A DNA stretch of 64,000 bases. Source: Williopsis jadinii (lineage: Eukaryota). Position numbers and translations under genes: made by a program. This document shows positions 10,849 through 21,926 of this stretch, in pieces. Location of the stretch: contig AP024666.1 in assembly GCA_024346625.1 (NCBI GenBank), forward strand, positions 124,001-188,000, written 5' to 3'. The notes beneath the pieces are model-generated. The model searched no databases. It worked only from the letters and a program-made list of their open reading frames with translations, and was not told the origin of the DNA. Positions within the stretch are counted from its first letter, which is position 1, and each line of letters begins with the position of its first letter.

Positions 10849-11306
10849 ATTGAACGTTTTATGAACTTTTATCTGTGTTATATATATAAATATATGAACT
10901 AATCGATATCACACTGCACCGTGTATAACCAAACAGTTAAACCTGTTGTAAATCATCGTCCTAATCTCTTAAGCAAAAAAAAAGTTAAAATCCCAATTAG
11001 GAAATTCATCGTCCCTTTTTTGTGTCAGAGCTGCGCGATAAGAAAACTCAATTTGATGTGTCACTGCAGCAACAGCGCGTTCTGTTTTTGTTTACATGTT
11101 TACAGTGCTTTTGTTTTCTGATACCAGTTTGTTTCAGCTTTACACAATCGATTGTTTACGTTTCATATACTCACAGTGGTGGTCTGGTGACTCTTTTGTC
11201 GTTGAAGAAGCACTGAGCGAGCTCTTTCAACGGTGGTTTGGTTCGGAACACTGACTTCTCCCCACACATTGGAAGGAATACCACACGTTACAATTGGGTC
11301 CTTAGG

Positions 11307-12251
11307 ATGGTAATGTCTACAGGATTAGAAGATAAGAGCACGAGCTCTAAGAATGATTTGGTGATGTCTGTTCAAACAACACCGATGCTGTCACCCCCGG
11401 TGTCTCCAGAGCGCTCTGAGAGTCCGCCCATCACCAAGGATCGTGCCGCTGGGGGATGGATGGTCATTAAGTCTTCAGCGGTTGTCGATGGGAACCGCCG
11501 TGGCACCAAGCGGAGCATCAACACATTTCTAAGCCTTTACGAGGTCCGTGGAGTGAAGAAGAGAAATGCATATGAGGGCCAGAAGAAGCCGACCAAGAGA
11601 GAGTCTCCAAAGACTGGATGTTCAACCCCACAGATTCGAGAAAAACCTTCACAGGGAGGTAGAATTGGGTCTGAAAGGGATACATCCTGCGGTTCCGAGG
11701 ACTTTTCCATACGTCGTTACTCTACAAGATCCAGACTGGCATCGTGTGAAGTTTCCAGAAACAGCTCTAGCTCGCCTATCAAGTTCGATGTCAAGCCAGA
11801 ACCAGAGACATCTGGTTCAAAACACTGCTCTAAAGCTGGGTTTTTGCGAGAATGCACGGTTCAAATCATTCATGATTCACCAATTGGATCGATTCCAAAC
11901 TTCGAGCCTTCTTTCACGGGTATACCAAAGAGAACAATCGAAAGGGCCGTTAAAAAAGCTGGGTGTGTCGTCAACGTATCGAGTTCAAAAGACTTTGGAG
12001 GCACCGACCTTCTACACGGGTTTGACTCTAGAGAGATTCTTATTATGAAAGCGTTCAAGTTGACACCACTACAATACGCAGATACAAAGAGACGGTTCTT
12101 TGCGGAAAAGGCCAGGAGGACCATGCTCTCAGTATCCTTTAAGAAGACCGATGCTCAGAAGGCGTGCAGAATTGATGTTAACAAAGCATCAAAGCTATAT
12201 GAAGTCTTCGGATCACTTGGTCTCTTGGATGATGAATTATTCACTCTCTGA
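11307..12251 (+). CDS. SWIRM-domain protein (Fun19/YOR338W-like)
   Basis: N-terminal MLSPPVSP and C-terminal YADTKRRFF, FKKTDAQKACRIDVNKASKLYEVF. Start codon uncertain (11307, 11313 or 11364). Confidence 0.85.
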   Translation: MVMSTGLEDKSTSSKNDLVMSVQTTPMLSPPVSPERSESPPITKDRAAGGWMVIKSSAVVDGNRRGTKRSINTFLSLYEVRGVKKRNAYEGQKKPTKRESPKTGCSTPQIREKPSQGGRIGSERDTSCGSEDFSIRRYSTRSRLASCEVSRNSSSSPIKFDVKPEPETSGSKHCSKAGFLRECTVQIIHDSPIGSIPNFEPSFTGIPKRTIERAVKKAGCVVNVSSSKDFGGTDLLHGFDSREILIMKAFKLTPLQYADTKRRFFAEKARRTMLSVSFKKTDAQKACRIDVNKASKLYEVFGSLGLLDDELFTL

Positions 12252-12669
12252 ATCTATATGTGAATGAATCATGTTTTGTCTGTTACTGGCTCAACGCCTG
12301 CTATTATTGCTTTTGAGTAAGAGTTGGTTTCTCACTGTAACCAATACACATGGTTTCTATGGAGGTTTTTAGCTTGATGCCACTGCTGCCTGAGTTGAGT
12401 CGCTTTGCTTTTGTTACTTTGAAGGTGTCCACAGTTGGTTTGTCGTATCTTACACGTTAATTCAAGGTGGACTGCCTATGAGATTATAATAACTATAATC
12501 ATTCAATAATTATTATAATAATCATACCGGCGGTACGGTTACCCTACTCATTACTTGGTTGGAGCACGCTTCACCGTACACGGATCAACACTTCTTCCTC
12601 GCAACTGTTCATTTACCATGCTATCGAGTGTTGAATAACAGGTTGAAATTGTTTCACTCTCGGTGTTAA

Positions 12670-13221
12670 ATGGCAGTTAAGAAGAACAAAGAATTGTTTG
12701 TGACGCTCAAACTCTCCAGTGAAGTCCTTGGCGAGCTCTCTGGAGCAGATTTCAACAAGGCGAACGAAGACCAAGGTGAAACACCAAAGTTGAAAGTGAA
12801 GCTGAACCCAAACGTGAAAAGGCAACCACTACCTTCTCCAACACCTGAACTGTCAACTGTCGAGGGTACACCATCTTCCATTCCACAGAGTGCTTCCAAG
12901 ACGTCTCTGTCAAAGGTGCTGAATGCTGATGATTTGAAATTGGACAAATCAGGAAAACCCGTGAGGAAATGGGTGAAAAAGCCCCTGGAAATCCAAAGCT
13001 TTACTGGTTATTTCATGAATTACGATACGTGGACTGGTCTAAGGATGGCAGATGATGACACTGTGGAGGAGCATAAGCCTTTGAAGATACAAATCAAGCT
13101 GAATAACAAGAATTTAGATCTTAAGAGTGTGGATTCTAGGGACCAGAGCCCAATGCCAGATGATGCGTCGAGTGTTGTTTCGACACCTGAGGGCTCACGG
13201 TTATCTACTCCCGCACTATAA
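12670..13221 (+). CDS. IES4: INO80 complex subunit Ies4-like
   Basis: N-terminal FVTLKL and the LDKSGKPVRKWVKKPLEIQSFTGY motif. Syntenic with MSB1. Confidence 0.8.
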   Translation: MAVKKNKELFVTLKLSSEVLGELSGADFNKANEDQGETPKLKVKLNPNVKRQPLPSPTPELSTVEGTPSSIPQSASKTSLSKVLNADDLKLDKSGKPVRKWVKKPLEIQSFTGYFMNYDTWTGLRMADDDTVEEHKPLKIQIKLNNKNLDLKSVDSRDQSPMPDDASSVVSTPEGSRLSTPAL

Positions 13222-13262
13222 GTCCACATTTATGAATACACAAGTCTATTGAAATCTATAAC

Positions 13263-13444
13263 CTATTCCAAGAGGAGGCCTATCACTAAGCCAAAAGCTG
13301 TAAGGAAACTGATTGATGCGAACCAACTAAAAGCATCACTATCATGAGCCGTGATTAAAGCACATTGGTGATGATCTGAGGATGGTGTTTAATCCTGAAG
13401 CATCAACAACGCTATCTTCTTCCCTGGGTGTCAGACACTCTCTT
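13263..13444 (-). pseudogene. Relic stalk and GPI-signal coding sequence downstream of the PLB copy A stop
   Basis: After TGA the sequence reads KR, then with frameshifts EEDSVVDASGLNT and ITAHDSDAFSWFASISFLTAFGLVIGLLLE*. This aligns with the copy B tail. Confidence 0.8.
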
Positions 13445-15199
13445 TCAAAGCGCAGATGATGTCCAGTTAGAAGTTCTTAGTGGAACAGCAGGGCCTTCAT
13501 ACTGTTCACCATTCCAACAGTACTCTTGGAAACACGACTGACAAAGTGGTGTCTGTGCAATATCATTACGCTCTTGCTCACGACGGACAATGGCACAGGA
13601 AACACACTTTGGCCAATCAGGGTCTATCGTGAGGTTGAATCTCGTCGTGGCTTCAAACGCATTCTTGATGATTGCATCTCTTTGCTTGGTGCTGTAAGCC
13701 AATTGGAACGTGGATGTATTCGACCATGCACTGAACGATTGGTGTGGGATGTATACAACCAGAGGTGGCACCGTAGCCAAATCTGTTAAATCTGACGAGT
13801 TACATCCAAGGAACAGAGGTTTCTCGTAAAGCTTGTTCTTGATATAAGTCTGTTCCGTTGGAATGTATGGGAAGGCAGTGCCATTTCCTTGAGAGCCAAA
13901 CTGACGTTCAAAGGTCTTATTCAGGGCATTTGTTGATGGGAACTTGTCCTCAGTGTTTGAAGACTCGTCAAAGGCAAAGATGACATCAACATCACGCTCA
14001 GGCTGTACCAATGGAGCAAATGGGATGTTCTCCCAACCTGAACCACCATCAGCAAGATAGAGAGTATGGTCGTTCAGAACTGCCTCGTTGTTTCCATACT
14101 GTGACTTGTAAAATGGATTTGGCGAAAACAGTGATATGTCTGCAGAGTATTTGTCCAACACTTCAAATGCCTTGTGAACAACGTCACGGGGAATACCCTC
14201 CAACTTGCCGAAGAACTTGTCAAAGTTCACCAAGAACATGTTGAACAACGATGACGATACCCCAAGCACAAAGCCTGCGTTGTCAAACCCAGTGATACAG
14301 ACATCAGTGGTTGGAATACCATTGGAGACTTCACTTCCAATATACTTCAAATCTGTGAAAGCATAGACGTTTGGGTCCCACGAACCAAGCTCGAACGGTG
14401 TGAACTCGAAGAAGCTTTGATCGTAATCGATAACCTTTGTGTTTGGAGTTCTGCCAACAGTCAGGGAGATTGGTAACGGCAATTCTGCATTCTTAAAGGA
14501 TTCAAACTCCCTGATATCAGAGTATGTCAATGGAAGTCCACCGTGTTCCTCTTCTCCAAAGAACTGATATGCCAGTGCTCTTCCCCAGAGATCAGTGATG
14601 GAGATGTTGTAACCAGCAAATACCTTTTTGGAAACATCAATGATGATTTCTTCCCAACGGTCTAGAGAGCCACCCAGATCAAACCCTTCTGGTGAGATGA
14701 TATCATGTGTCAAGTCCCACTTACCTTGGTCAATCAACTCGGGAACTGAACTCCAGTTATTGAGGGCCAATGAACCAGTCAGCCAGTTACCACCTGATAA
14801 GCCAACCAAGTAGGTGGAACTTTGCAAAATACCACCTAAACCGTGCTCCAAAGCTCCTGGGACTCTGTCATCAAGAGCAGCTATCTGGCCTGCACCATTC
14901 AACATTGCACGGAACCCACCACCAGAGAATGTGAGGCCGATGTTGATCGATCTATCAAGCGAGTCCAAGAACTCGCCAGCATCAAAATCCAACTCTGCTC
15001 TGCTCAGAAAGCTACGAAGGGCCTTGTCAGTAAGTTCATGACGCTTTTGAACCCACTCACGCTCCTCTTTGGAGATGTCGGACGCTGGTCTGATACTAGT
15101 GGCACCTTCAGGACAGAGCAGCTTTGTTGGTTCATAGCCTTTAGCGTTATAGGCCAAGGCAACTTGTGCAGCTAGAAGAAGAGAGGAAACTGCAACCAT
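13445..15199 (-). CDS. Phospholipase B/lysophospholipase copy A, secreted (no GPI signal)
   Basis: Signal peptide MVAVSSLLL; SGGGFRAM, GLSGG and LADGG motifs. Ends at NWTSSAL*. Confidence 0.93.
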   Translation of the reverse strand: MVAVSSLLLAAQVALAYNAKGYEPTKLLCPEGATSIRPASDISKEEREWVQKRHELTDKALRSFLSRAELDFDAGEFLDSLDRSINIGLTFSGGGFRAMLNGAGQIAALDDRVPGALEHGLGGILQSSTYLVGLSGGNWLTGSLALNNWSSVPELIDQGKWDLTHDIISPEGFDLGGSLDRWEEIIIDVSKKVFAGYNISITDLWGRALAYQFFGEEEHGGLPLTYSDIREFESFKNAELPLPISLTVGRTPNTKVIDYDQSFFEFTPFELGSWDPNVYAFTDLKYIGSEVSNGIPTTDVCITGFDNAGFVLGVSSSLFNMFLVNFDKFFGKLEGIPRDVVHKAFEVLDKYSADISLFSPNPFYKSQYGNNEAVLNDHTLYLADGGSGWENIPFAPLVQPERDVDVIFAFDESSNTEDKFPSTNALNKTFERQFGSQGNGTAFPYIPTEQTYIKNKLYEKPLFLGCNSSDLTDLATVPPLVVYIPHQSFSAWSNTSTFQLAYSTKQRDAIIKNAFEATTRFNLTIDPDWPKCVSCAIVRREQERNDIAQTPLCQSCFQEYCWNGEQYEGPAVPLRTSNWTSSAL

Positions 15200-15493
15200 T
15201 CTTTTGCTTTGAATAACTATGAAGCGCACTGTGTTACAGCTTCCTCTCTAGCCAGTGTAATATGAGCTACTTATTCATCATTTATATACCAGTCAATTGT
15301 CTCTGTATCCTATCTTTCCCTTGCTATGTGCTTAATATTGTGGCTAATGTGCAAAGAAGCTATCAAATGGTGACATACACATGATATTCCCTTGAACATG
15401 AAGAAGGAGGATGAAGGTCAAAGCATCGTGTGCAAGGTTTCCACGTTATGAACGCCACATCCACGCCACAAGAAAGGAAGAGTACCAGGATAT

Positions 15494-15525
15494 GATAACC
15501 TGGTGAAGATAACCTGGTGAAGATA
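15494..15525. repeat. 14-bp tandem duplication (GATAACCTGGTGAA)x2
   Basis: Read directly from the sequence. Confidence 0.85.
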
Positions 15526-15857
15526 GGCCTTGGTAGTATAATATTATGGCCTCATCGGTGGCGCAATTCCGGTGAATACACATGAGATGGAATCCTTGGT
15601 TATGCGCTTGTAGATCAACATCAGCCACGGTAAAAGGTCGTGTGTGTGATTACACACACCGAGTTCAGCAGTGGCTTCCAGTAGGAGGCTGTCTTCGGCT
15701 CTTTATATAGCTTTAGTGGAGTGTGATACTGCTTTGTAAGCGATGCCTAATGGTCTCATGGGCCGTAGTGTAGCTGCTTCACGCCTGTGTAGACTATTGT
15801 TTGGAAAAGTGGCTGCGATATGCTACAAAGGCTCTGTATATTGAAGAAGTGTATCTC

Positions 15858-15899
15858 GAGTGCTTATTGATCTTCATAGAGTGCTTATTGATCTTCATA
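15858..15899. repeat. 21-bp tandem duplication (GAGTGCTTATTGATCTTCATA)x2
   Basis: Read directly from the sequence. Confidence 0.9.
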
Positions 15900-16119
15900 G
15901 CTGACCCAATTGGTTATGGCCTACTTTTCCAGAACGCTGCAACCTGGAATTGAATAGTAAGCAATGAGCACTTATGTCCCACACTACAAGCACTTCGATT
16001 GTGCTGATGTCCAAATGAGCTACTTCACGGTCAACACCAATGGCTACAGAGATGAGAGCACAATTCATTTTATCACAGATCTTTCTCCTATGTCAATAGC
16101 AGGCTTTTAGATCAGGCTT

Positions 16120-18042
16120 TTAGATCACAGCTCCTAAGGCTAGACCCAAAACTGCAAAGACACCTGATGATGCAAACCAGCTGGAAGCACTGCTATCATA
16201 AGTAGTGGTCAAGCTGGCATTGGAGACGTTGAGTGTGGAATTCAACTCTGGGACAACGACGGTATCCTTATCTTCCTCAAACTCCCTCTTCAAGATGCTT
16301 GGAGAGGTCCAGTTCAAGGAGTGTTGTGGAACAGCATCCCCAGAGTACTGTGGACCGTCCCAGCAGTACTCTTGGAAGCAGGCTTGACACTCAGCACTCT
16401 GTGCGATGCCGTTACGCTCTTGTTCACGACGGATAATGGCACAAGACACACACTTTGGCCAGTCTGGATCAATCGTGAGGTTGAATCTCGTCGTGGTTTC
16501 GAATCCGTTCTTGATGATAGCATCTCTCTGTTTGGTGCTGTAAGCCAATTGATAAGTTGAAGTGTTTGGCCAGGCAGTATAGGCAATGTTTGGCACATAG
16601 ACAACAAGTGGTGGAATGGCTGCGAGATCACCCAAATCTTCCGAGTTACAACCAAGGAACATTGGCTTCTCACTCAGCTTGTCGTGAAGGAATGTGTCGA
16701 CAGTTGGAACATGAGGGAAGGCTGTGCCATTTCCCTGAGTATCGAACTGACGTTGGTAAGTTCTCAGCAAGGAATAGCCGTTAGGAAAGTTATCCTCAGA
16801 GTCTGCCATGTTATCATAGGCGAAAATGACATCAACATCACGCTCTGGCTGCACCAGTGGGCCCAGAGGAATGACTTCACCGTCAATACCACCATCCACC
16901 AGGTAGAGGTTCTTATCCTTGGTGAAAGTGTCAACATTGGCGTACTCAGTCTTGTAGAATGGGTTTGGAGTGTAATGTGCAACGTCATCGGTTGACAGGT
17001 CCAGTTTTCTAAGTAAGGAATGAACCACATCGTAAGCTGGACCACTTGAGTCGGAGTTGTCCAGGTCAACCAAGAACAGATTGAAGAGAGAAGAGGAAAT
17101 ACCAAGGATAAAGGATGCACTGTCGAAACCCTTCACACATATATCAGTTGTTGGATGACCGTTCTCTGTATCAGTGCCCGAGTACTCAATATCAGAAAAT
17201 GCATACACAGCAGGATCCCAAGAACCGATTTCAAATGGCGTAAACTCGACAATTGGAGTGTGGAGGTCCAGGTCTTTATGATGTGGGTCTCTGGCAAGGC
17301 CCAGAGATATTGGGAAAGGCAGCTCAGCTGACTTGAATACATCAAACTCCTTTATACCAGAGAAAGTGAGCTTAACACCCCCGTGATCGTTGTCACCAAA
17401 GAGCCCGTATGCTAAAGCTCTTCCCCATAAGTCAGTAGCAGTGAGGTTAAAACCAGCATTGAGCTTCTGCAAAGCATCGTTATTGATCTCGTTCCAACGA
17501 GCTGCTGTCTTGCCTAGATCAAAGCCTCCTGGTGAGATGATATCGTGGGTCAAGTCCCACTTACCTTGGTCAATCAACTCGGGAACTGAACTCCAGTTAT
17601 TGAGGGCCAATGATCCAGTCAGCCAGTTACCACCTGATAAGCCAGCCAGGTAGGTGGAACTTTGCAGTAGACCACCTAGACCGTGCTCCAAAGCTCCTGG
17701 CACTCTGTCATCAAGAGCAGCTATCTGGCCTGCACCACTCAGCATGGCTCTGTAGCCACCTCCAGAGAAGGCAAGACCAATGTTGATGGACCTGTTTGTA
17801 GAGGAGAGGAATTCTTCAGGATCAAAGTCTTCCAGGTTGGAGCGTTTGAGGAACTCGAGGAGTGCCTTGTCGGTCTTCTCATGACGCTTCTCAAGCCATT
17901 CCTGTTCCCTTTCAGACAGTGCATTGGCTGGTCTGGCCAAATTGACATTGACAGGGCACAGTTCTTTATAAGGCTTATAACCATGTGGATTATAAGCCAT
18001 CGCAACCTCTGCGATAAGCAGCAGAGTAGAAATAGAAACCAT
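16120..18042 (-). CDS. Phospholipase B copy B, predicted GPI signal
   Basis: Signal peptide, SGGGYRAM, GLSGG and LVDGG motifs, hydrophobic C-terminus. ILKR/E lies before the stalk. Confidence 0.95.
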   Translation of the reverse strand: MVSISTLLLIAEVAMAYNPHGYKPYKELCPVNVNLARPANALSEREQEWLEKRHEKTDKALLEFLKRSNLEDFDPEEFLSSTNRSINIGLAFSGGGYRAMLSGAGQIAALDDRVPGALEHGLGGLLQSSTYLAGLSGGNWLTGSLALNNWSSVPELIDQGKWDLTHDIISPGGFDLGKTAARWNEINNDALQKLNAGFNLTATDLWGRALAYGLFGDNDHGGVKLTFSGIKEFDVFKSAELPFPISLGLARDPHHKDLDLHTPIVEFTPFEIGSWDPAVYAFSDIEYSGTDTENGHPTTDICVKGFDSASFILGISSSLFNLFLVDLDNSDSSGPAYDVVHSLLRKLDLSTDDVAHYTPNPFYKTEYANVDTFTKDKNLYLVDGGIDGEVIPLGPLVQPERDVDVIFAYDNMADSEDNFPNGYSLLRTYQRQFDTQGNGTAFPHVPTVDTFLHDKLSEKPMFLGCNSEDLGDLAAIPPLVVYVPNIAYTAWPNTSTYQLAYSTKQRDAIIKNGFETTTRFNLTIDPDWPKCVSCAIIRREQERNGIAQSAECQACFQEYCWDGPQYSGDAVPQHSLNWTSPSILKREFEEDKDTVVVPELNSTLNVSNASLTTTYDSSASSWFASSGVFAVLGLALGAVI

Positions 18043-19964
18043 GCTTGATTTGAGCTATTCTTTCAGTGTAGAGAATACCATTGAGGACTGTGTAGCAAGA
18101 TAGAGAACTGCTTTGATATTTATAGTTGAAAGAACATGTTGGAAATATGGTTTATGTCCCCCAAATAATCGGTGAGCTAAACCAAGGGCAGCAATAAGCA
18201 TTGTTTCGTCATAAGTCAACGCACATTCGTGGGGCTAATGAGCTTTGGCTACCTGTTACCAGGCACAACACCCTCGTGACTTGCCACTCCTCTTGCCTCG
18301 AGGCATTGATAACTACGTAAGATTAGCCATACTCGTCTCGGAACATCAATTGTAAGTCGATCCAGAGTCTGGCGCAGAGATATGCACCAATGCTTTCGCT
18401 TACGTGACACTGTGCATGAGAGTTTTACCGAAGTAGCCTATTGGAAGAACCCCTTTATCCTTCCAAACCCCTGATTATGAATATTCAACGGCTCCCAGCC
18501 GCATATATCGGTGAAATCCCCTGATAGATCTACAAAATGGTATAGGATAGAGCCATGTGCGGTGGAAAACCCTCAGCATCGGTATCTCTGAAGCCCCACA
18601 AAGGATCGTCAATAGAGAACAGCATGGTGTAATTGTACAAGAACAATATAGCCTGTGAGGGTATCTAGGCTAGATCTGACTATTTTGCAAGCTATTTAAC
18701 GACTCTTGGTAGCCAAGAAAGATGTTTCTTGGCTGACGGGAAACATATATAGATATTTAGTATCGTTATATGTGTATATCTGGTGTTTGGAAGGATGGAC
18801 AGAGGTGGAGCTATCAGATATGGGCTCACTATTGATTTTCTCTGTAGGAGTTGAAGCATGGGTATCGTGTTAAAAGTGAACAGCAACACCCTCCAATGTG
18901 CTTTCCCGAGTGAAGTTGCCTCACTTGACCAACCCCCGTAACTAATATGAGCCGATTCTAATACCATAACACACTTCTGGATCATCGTCAAATAACTGCA
19001 GTCCTTACCTGTGACTCAAAACCCTGTCGAGCCGAGGAGAAAGCACGTAAAACATTCGATTTTGAACATTGTCACTCAGGTCAGAATCTGTTATTGGTGT
19101 TTTTTGCCAGGTTTCATGCCATTGGTACACTGTTTCCTCTGCTTCTTCTACAACAGGCTCGGGATCTTTCTTTAGCTGTGAAGACTACACTTAACAAAGT
19201 ATCGAACTGCTGAAATCAGCCGTTTCGTAATCAATACTTTACCAAGAATCACATGACTCAGCACCGATCAATTACAGAAGAAAGCATTGATGAGAGAACA
19301 CTCCCAAAGACTTATATACAATGGAAAAGAGTTCTGCAAAGTGTGTAAAGTGACGACATCGCTAGTACTATAACTCCTGGTGTCCGGGTTTAATATGACA
19401 CAAACTGTCATAGGGTGTATAGCTAGGCTCAGGGGAACAGACAGACTGCCATAATGCTGGGGTTAGCTTCGTTTTGATGGCTTATATTGCCATGTTACAT
19501 ACAATTGATCACACCATGTGCTTTGTTAGCACGATGAGGATATTTGGCAACTATATTTTGTTAAATATCGCTGTTATATTTCTCATGTTAACTCTTCTGA
19601 TACAGATTGAATATACCTTTTTCTAAAATTACAGTGTGAAACTATCAAAATTATATGAATAATATTGTTTATATCACGTTTAGTACATTATTTCTACCAA
19701 TAATCATCATAATCTCTATGATTGTTACCCAGTTAGGTATTCTGACTGCAATGCTCTGTCCATCGAGTACACTCCTTGAACGGTGGTGTGTACGGATGTT
19801 TCATGACACATTTCTGATGATTAACAGCATAAAGGTGAACTCTCCTATAGCTAAAGAATAATTTAAAGCATGTTTTCTCCATTAGATAAAGACTATGTGG
19901 AAAATCAATCATCTAAGTAACTCAAATAGTTGTTTATTGAATTCTATATAAACTACAGCTACTT

Positions 19965-21926
19965 TTAGACCAATAAGCCAGCCACCACTGCAACAGCACC
20001 GACAAGGATGGACGATGGAGCCCAGGTTTCTGCTCTGTTGAAGTAGACAGAAGAGATCGAAGGTATGGAGAGGTTTGAAACATTAACTCCAGTGGAATTG
20101 GCCGTTGCATTAACCACAATTGTTCCGTTCAGCTCGATAAAATCACCTTCATCATTGTATTCCCTCTTCACGAGAGACGGTTGAGACCAGTTAGCAGACC
20201 TTGGGAGGACGACTTGAGAGCCCGTGTACTGCTCACCACTCCAACAATACTCTTGGAAACATTCAGCGCACTCGTCAGTCTGTGGGATACCCTTACGCTC
20301 TTGTTCACGATGGATGATGGCACAGGAAACACATTTTGGCCAGTTTGGATCGATCGTCAAGTTGTATCTTGTTGCAGACTCAAACCCGTTGGTGATAACA
20401 GCATTTCTCTGCTTGTCACTGTAGGCTATCTGAGCAGTTGAGGTGTTTGACCAGGTACTGTAGGCGATGTTTGGAAGGTAAACGACAAGAGGTGGAACAG
20501 TCGCCAAGTCGTCAAGAGAGCTGGCATTGCAACCAAGAAACATAGGCTTAGTGTTGAGCTTATCGTGAAGTATGGTGTCGATTGTTGGAACGTGTGGGAA
20601 AGCAGTGCCATTACCTTGAGATCCAAACTGACGCTCATAAGTTGCCTTGAGAGCCTCACCATCCGGGAACTTGTCATCAGTATCGTAAGAGTTGTCAAAG
20701 GCAAAGATCACATCAACACCACGTTCAGGCTGCAACAAAGGAGCAAAGGGAACGTTTTGATGATCCAGGCCTCCATCGGATAGATAGAGCCTTTCATCAT
20801 CAACAATCGACTTCACACCGGCGTTCTTGCTGTTACGGAATGGGTTTGGCTCGACAATCGCAATGTCCCAGTGCTCATCATCAGCAAACTCCAGCACTCC
20901 ATGGGCCAGGTCATAGAGTGGGCCTGTGAGACCAGTCACATTCAGGTTCAGCAAGCCGGCATTGAACAAAGATGACGAGATACCAAGAACAAAACCAGCA
21001 TTGTCGTATCCTTCGATACAGACATCAGACAAAGGACGGCCTTCAGAAACACGGGAGCCGAGATACTTCAGGTCAGTGAAGGAGAACAGAGATGGGTCCC
21101 ATGACCCCATCTCAAAGGGATTGAACTCGTACACAGTGGAGTCACCGTTGAGCTCCAGAGTGCCTGGTGTTCTCCCAACAGCCACTGAGATCGGCATTGG
21201 CATTTCAGCAGATTTGAAAGCATCAAACTCTTGAAGCCCTGAGTAAGTCAGTGCAACTCCACCGTCTTCTTTGGAACCGAAGAATTGATAAGATAACGCT
21301 CTCCCCCACAGGTCCGTGATGGAGATATCAAATCCCTTTCTTTGCTTCTCAGCAACGTCGTTGTTGATCTGATGCCAGCGTTCTGCGGAGCTGACGACAT
21401 CCAGGCCACTAGGACTAATGATGGAGTGTTCCAAGTCCCAGAGGTCCCCAGCAGCTAGGATCTCCGGAACAGTGGACCAATTGGTGAGTGCCAGCGAGCC
21501 GGTAAGCCAATTACCACCTGACAGACCAACCAAGTACGTGGTGCTTTGGAGAAGACCCCCTAAACCGTGCTTGATGGAGCCTTCGACTCTGCTGTCCAAT
21601 GCTGCAAGTTGTCCTGCACCGTTGAACATGGATCTGTAGCCACCACCGGAGATTGCAACACCAATGTTGATAGATCTGTTCAAAGAGCTGAGGAACTCCT
21701 CAGCATTGAAGGAGTCCAGGTCGGCACGGTTGAGAAACTCAAGCAAGGCTTTATCAGTGATGGCATGACGTTTCTCTAGCCAGTCCTTTTCAGCTGGAGA
21801 GACCTGCGAAGCTGGTCTCACGAAGCTGGCATCACTAGGACAGAGCACCTCTGAAGGCTCATAGCCTTTCGGGTTGTATGATAGAGCAACCTCTGCAAGG
21901 AGTAGAAGAGTAGCGAGTGGAAACAT
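19965..21926 (-). CDS. Phospholipase B copy C, predicted GPI signal
   Basis: ATG 21926 (MFPLATLLLL), SGGGYRSM, GLSGG and LSDGG motifs, hydrophobic C-terminus. LVKR/E lies before the stalk. Confidence 0.95.
   Translation of the reverse strand: MFPLATLLLLAEVALSYNPKGYEPSEVLCPSDASFVRPASQVSPAEKDWLEKRHAITDKALLEFLNRADLDSFNAEEFLSSLNRSINIGVAISGGGYRSMFNGAGQLAALDSRVEGSIKHGLGGLLQSTTYLVGLSGGNWLTGSLALTNWSTVPEILAAGDLWDLEHSIISPSGLDVVSSAERWHQINNDVAEKQRKGFDISITDLWGRALSYQFFGSKEDGGVALTYSGLQEFDAFKSAEMPMPISVAVGRTPGTLELNGDSTVYEFNPFEMGSWDPSLFSFTDLKYLGSRVSEGRPLSDVCIEGYDNAGFVLGISSSLFNAGLLNLNVTGLTGPLYDLAHGVLEFADDEHWDIAIVEPNPFRNSKNAGVKSIVDDERLYLSDGGLDHQNVPFAPLLQPERGVDVIFAFDNSYDTDDKFPDGEALKATYERQFGSQGNGTAFPHVPTIDTILHDKLNTKPMFLGCNASSLDDLATVPPLVVYLPNIAYSTWSNTSTAQIAYSDKQRNAVITNGFESATRYNLTIDPNWPKCVSCAIIHREQERKGIPQTDECAECFQEYCWSGEQYTGSQVVLPRSANWSQPSLVKREYNDEGDFIELNGTIVVNATANSTGVNVSNLSIPSISSVYFNRAETWAPSSILVGAVAVVAGLLV

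Noticed and set aside
18043..19960. Fifth PLB pseudogene or LTR in the 1.9-kb spacer
   Set aside because: I could see no PLB-like peptides, terminal repeats or target-site duplications; it is treated as a long promoter.
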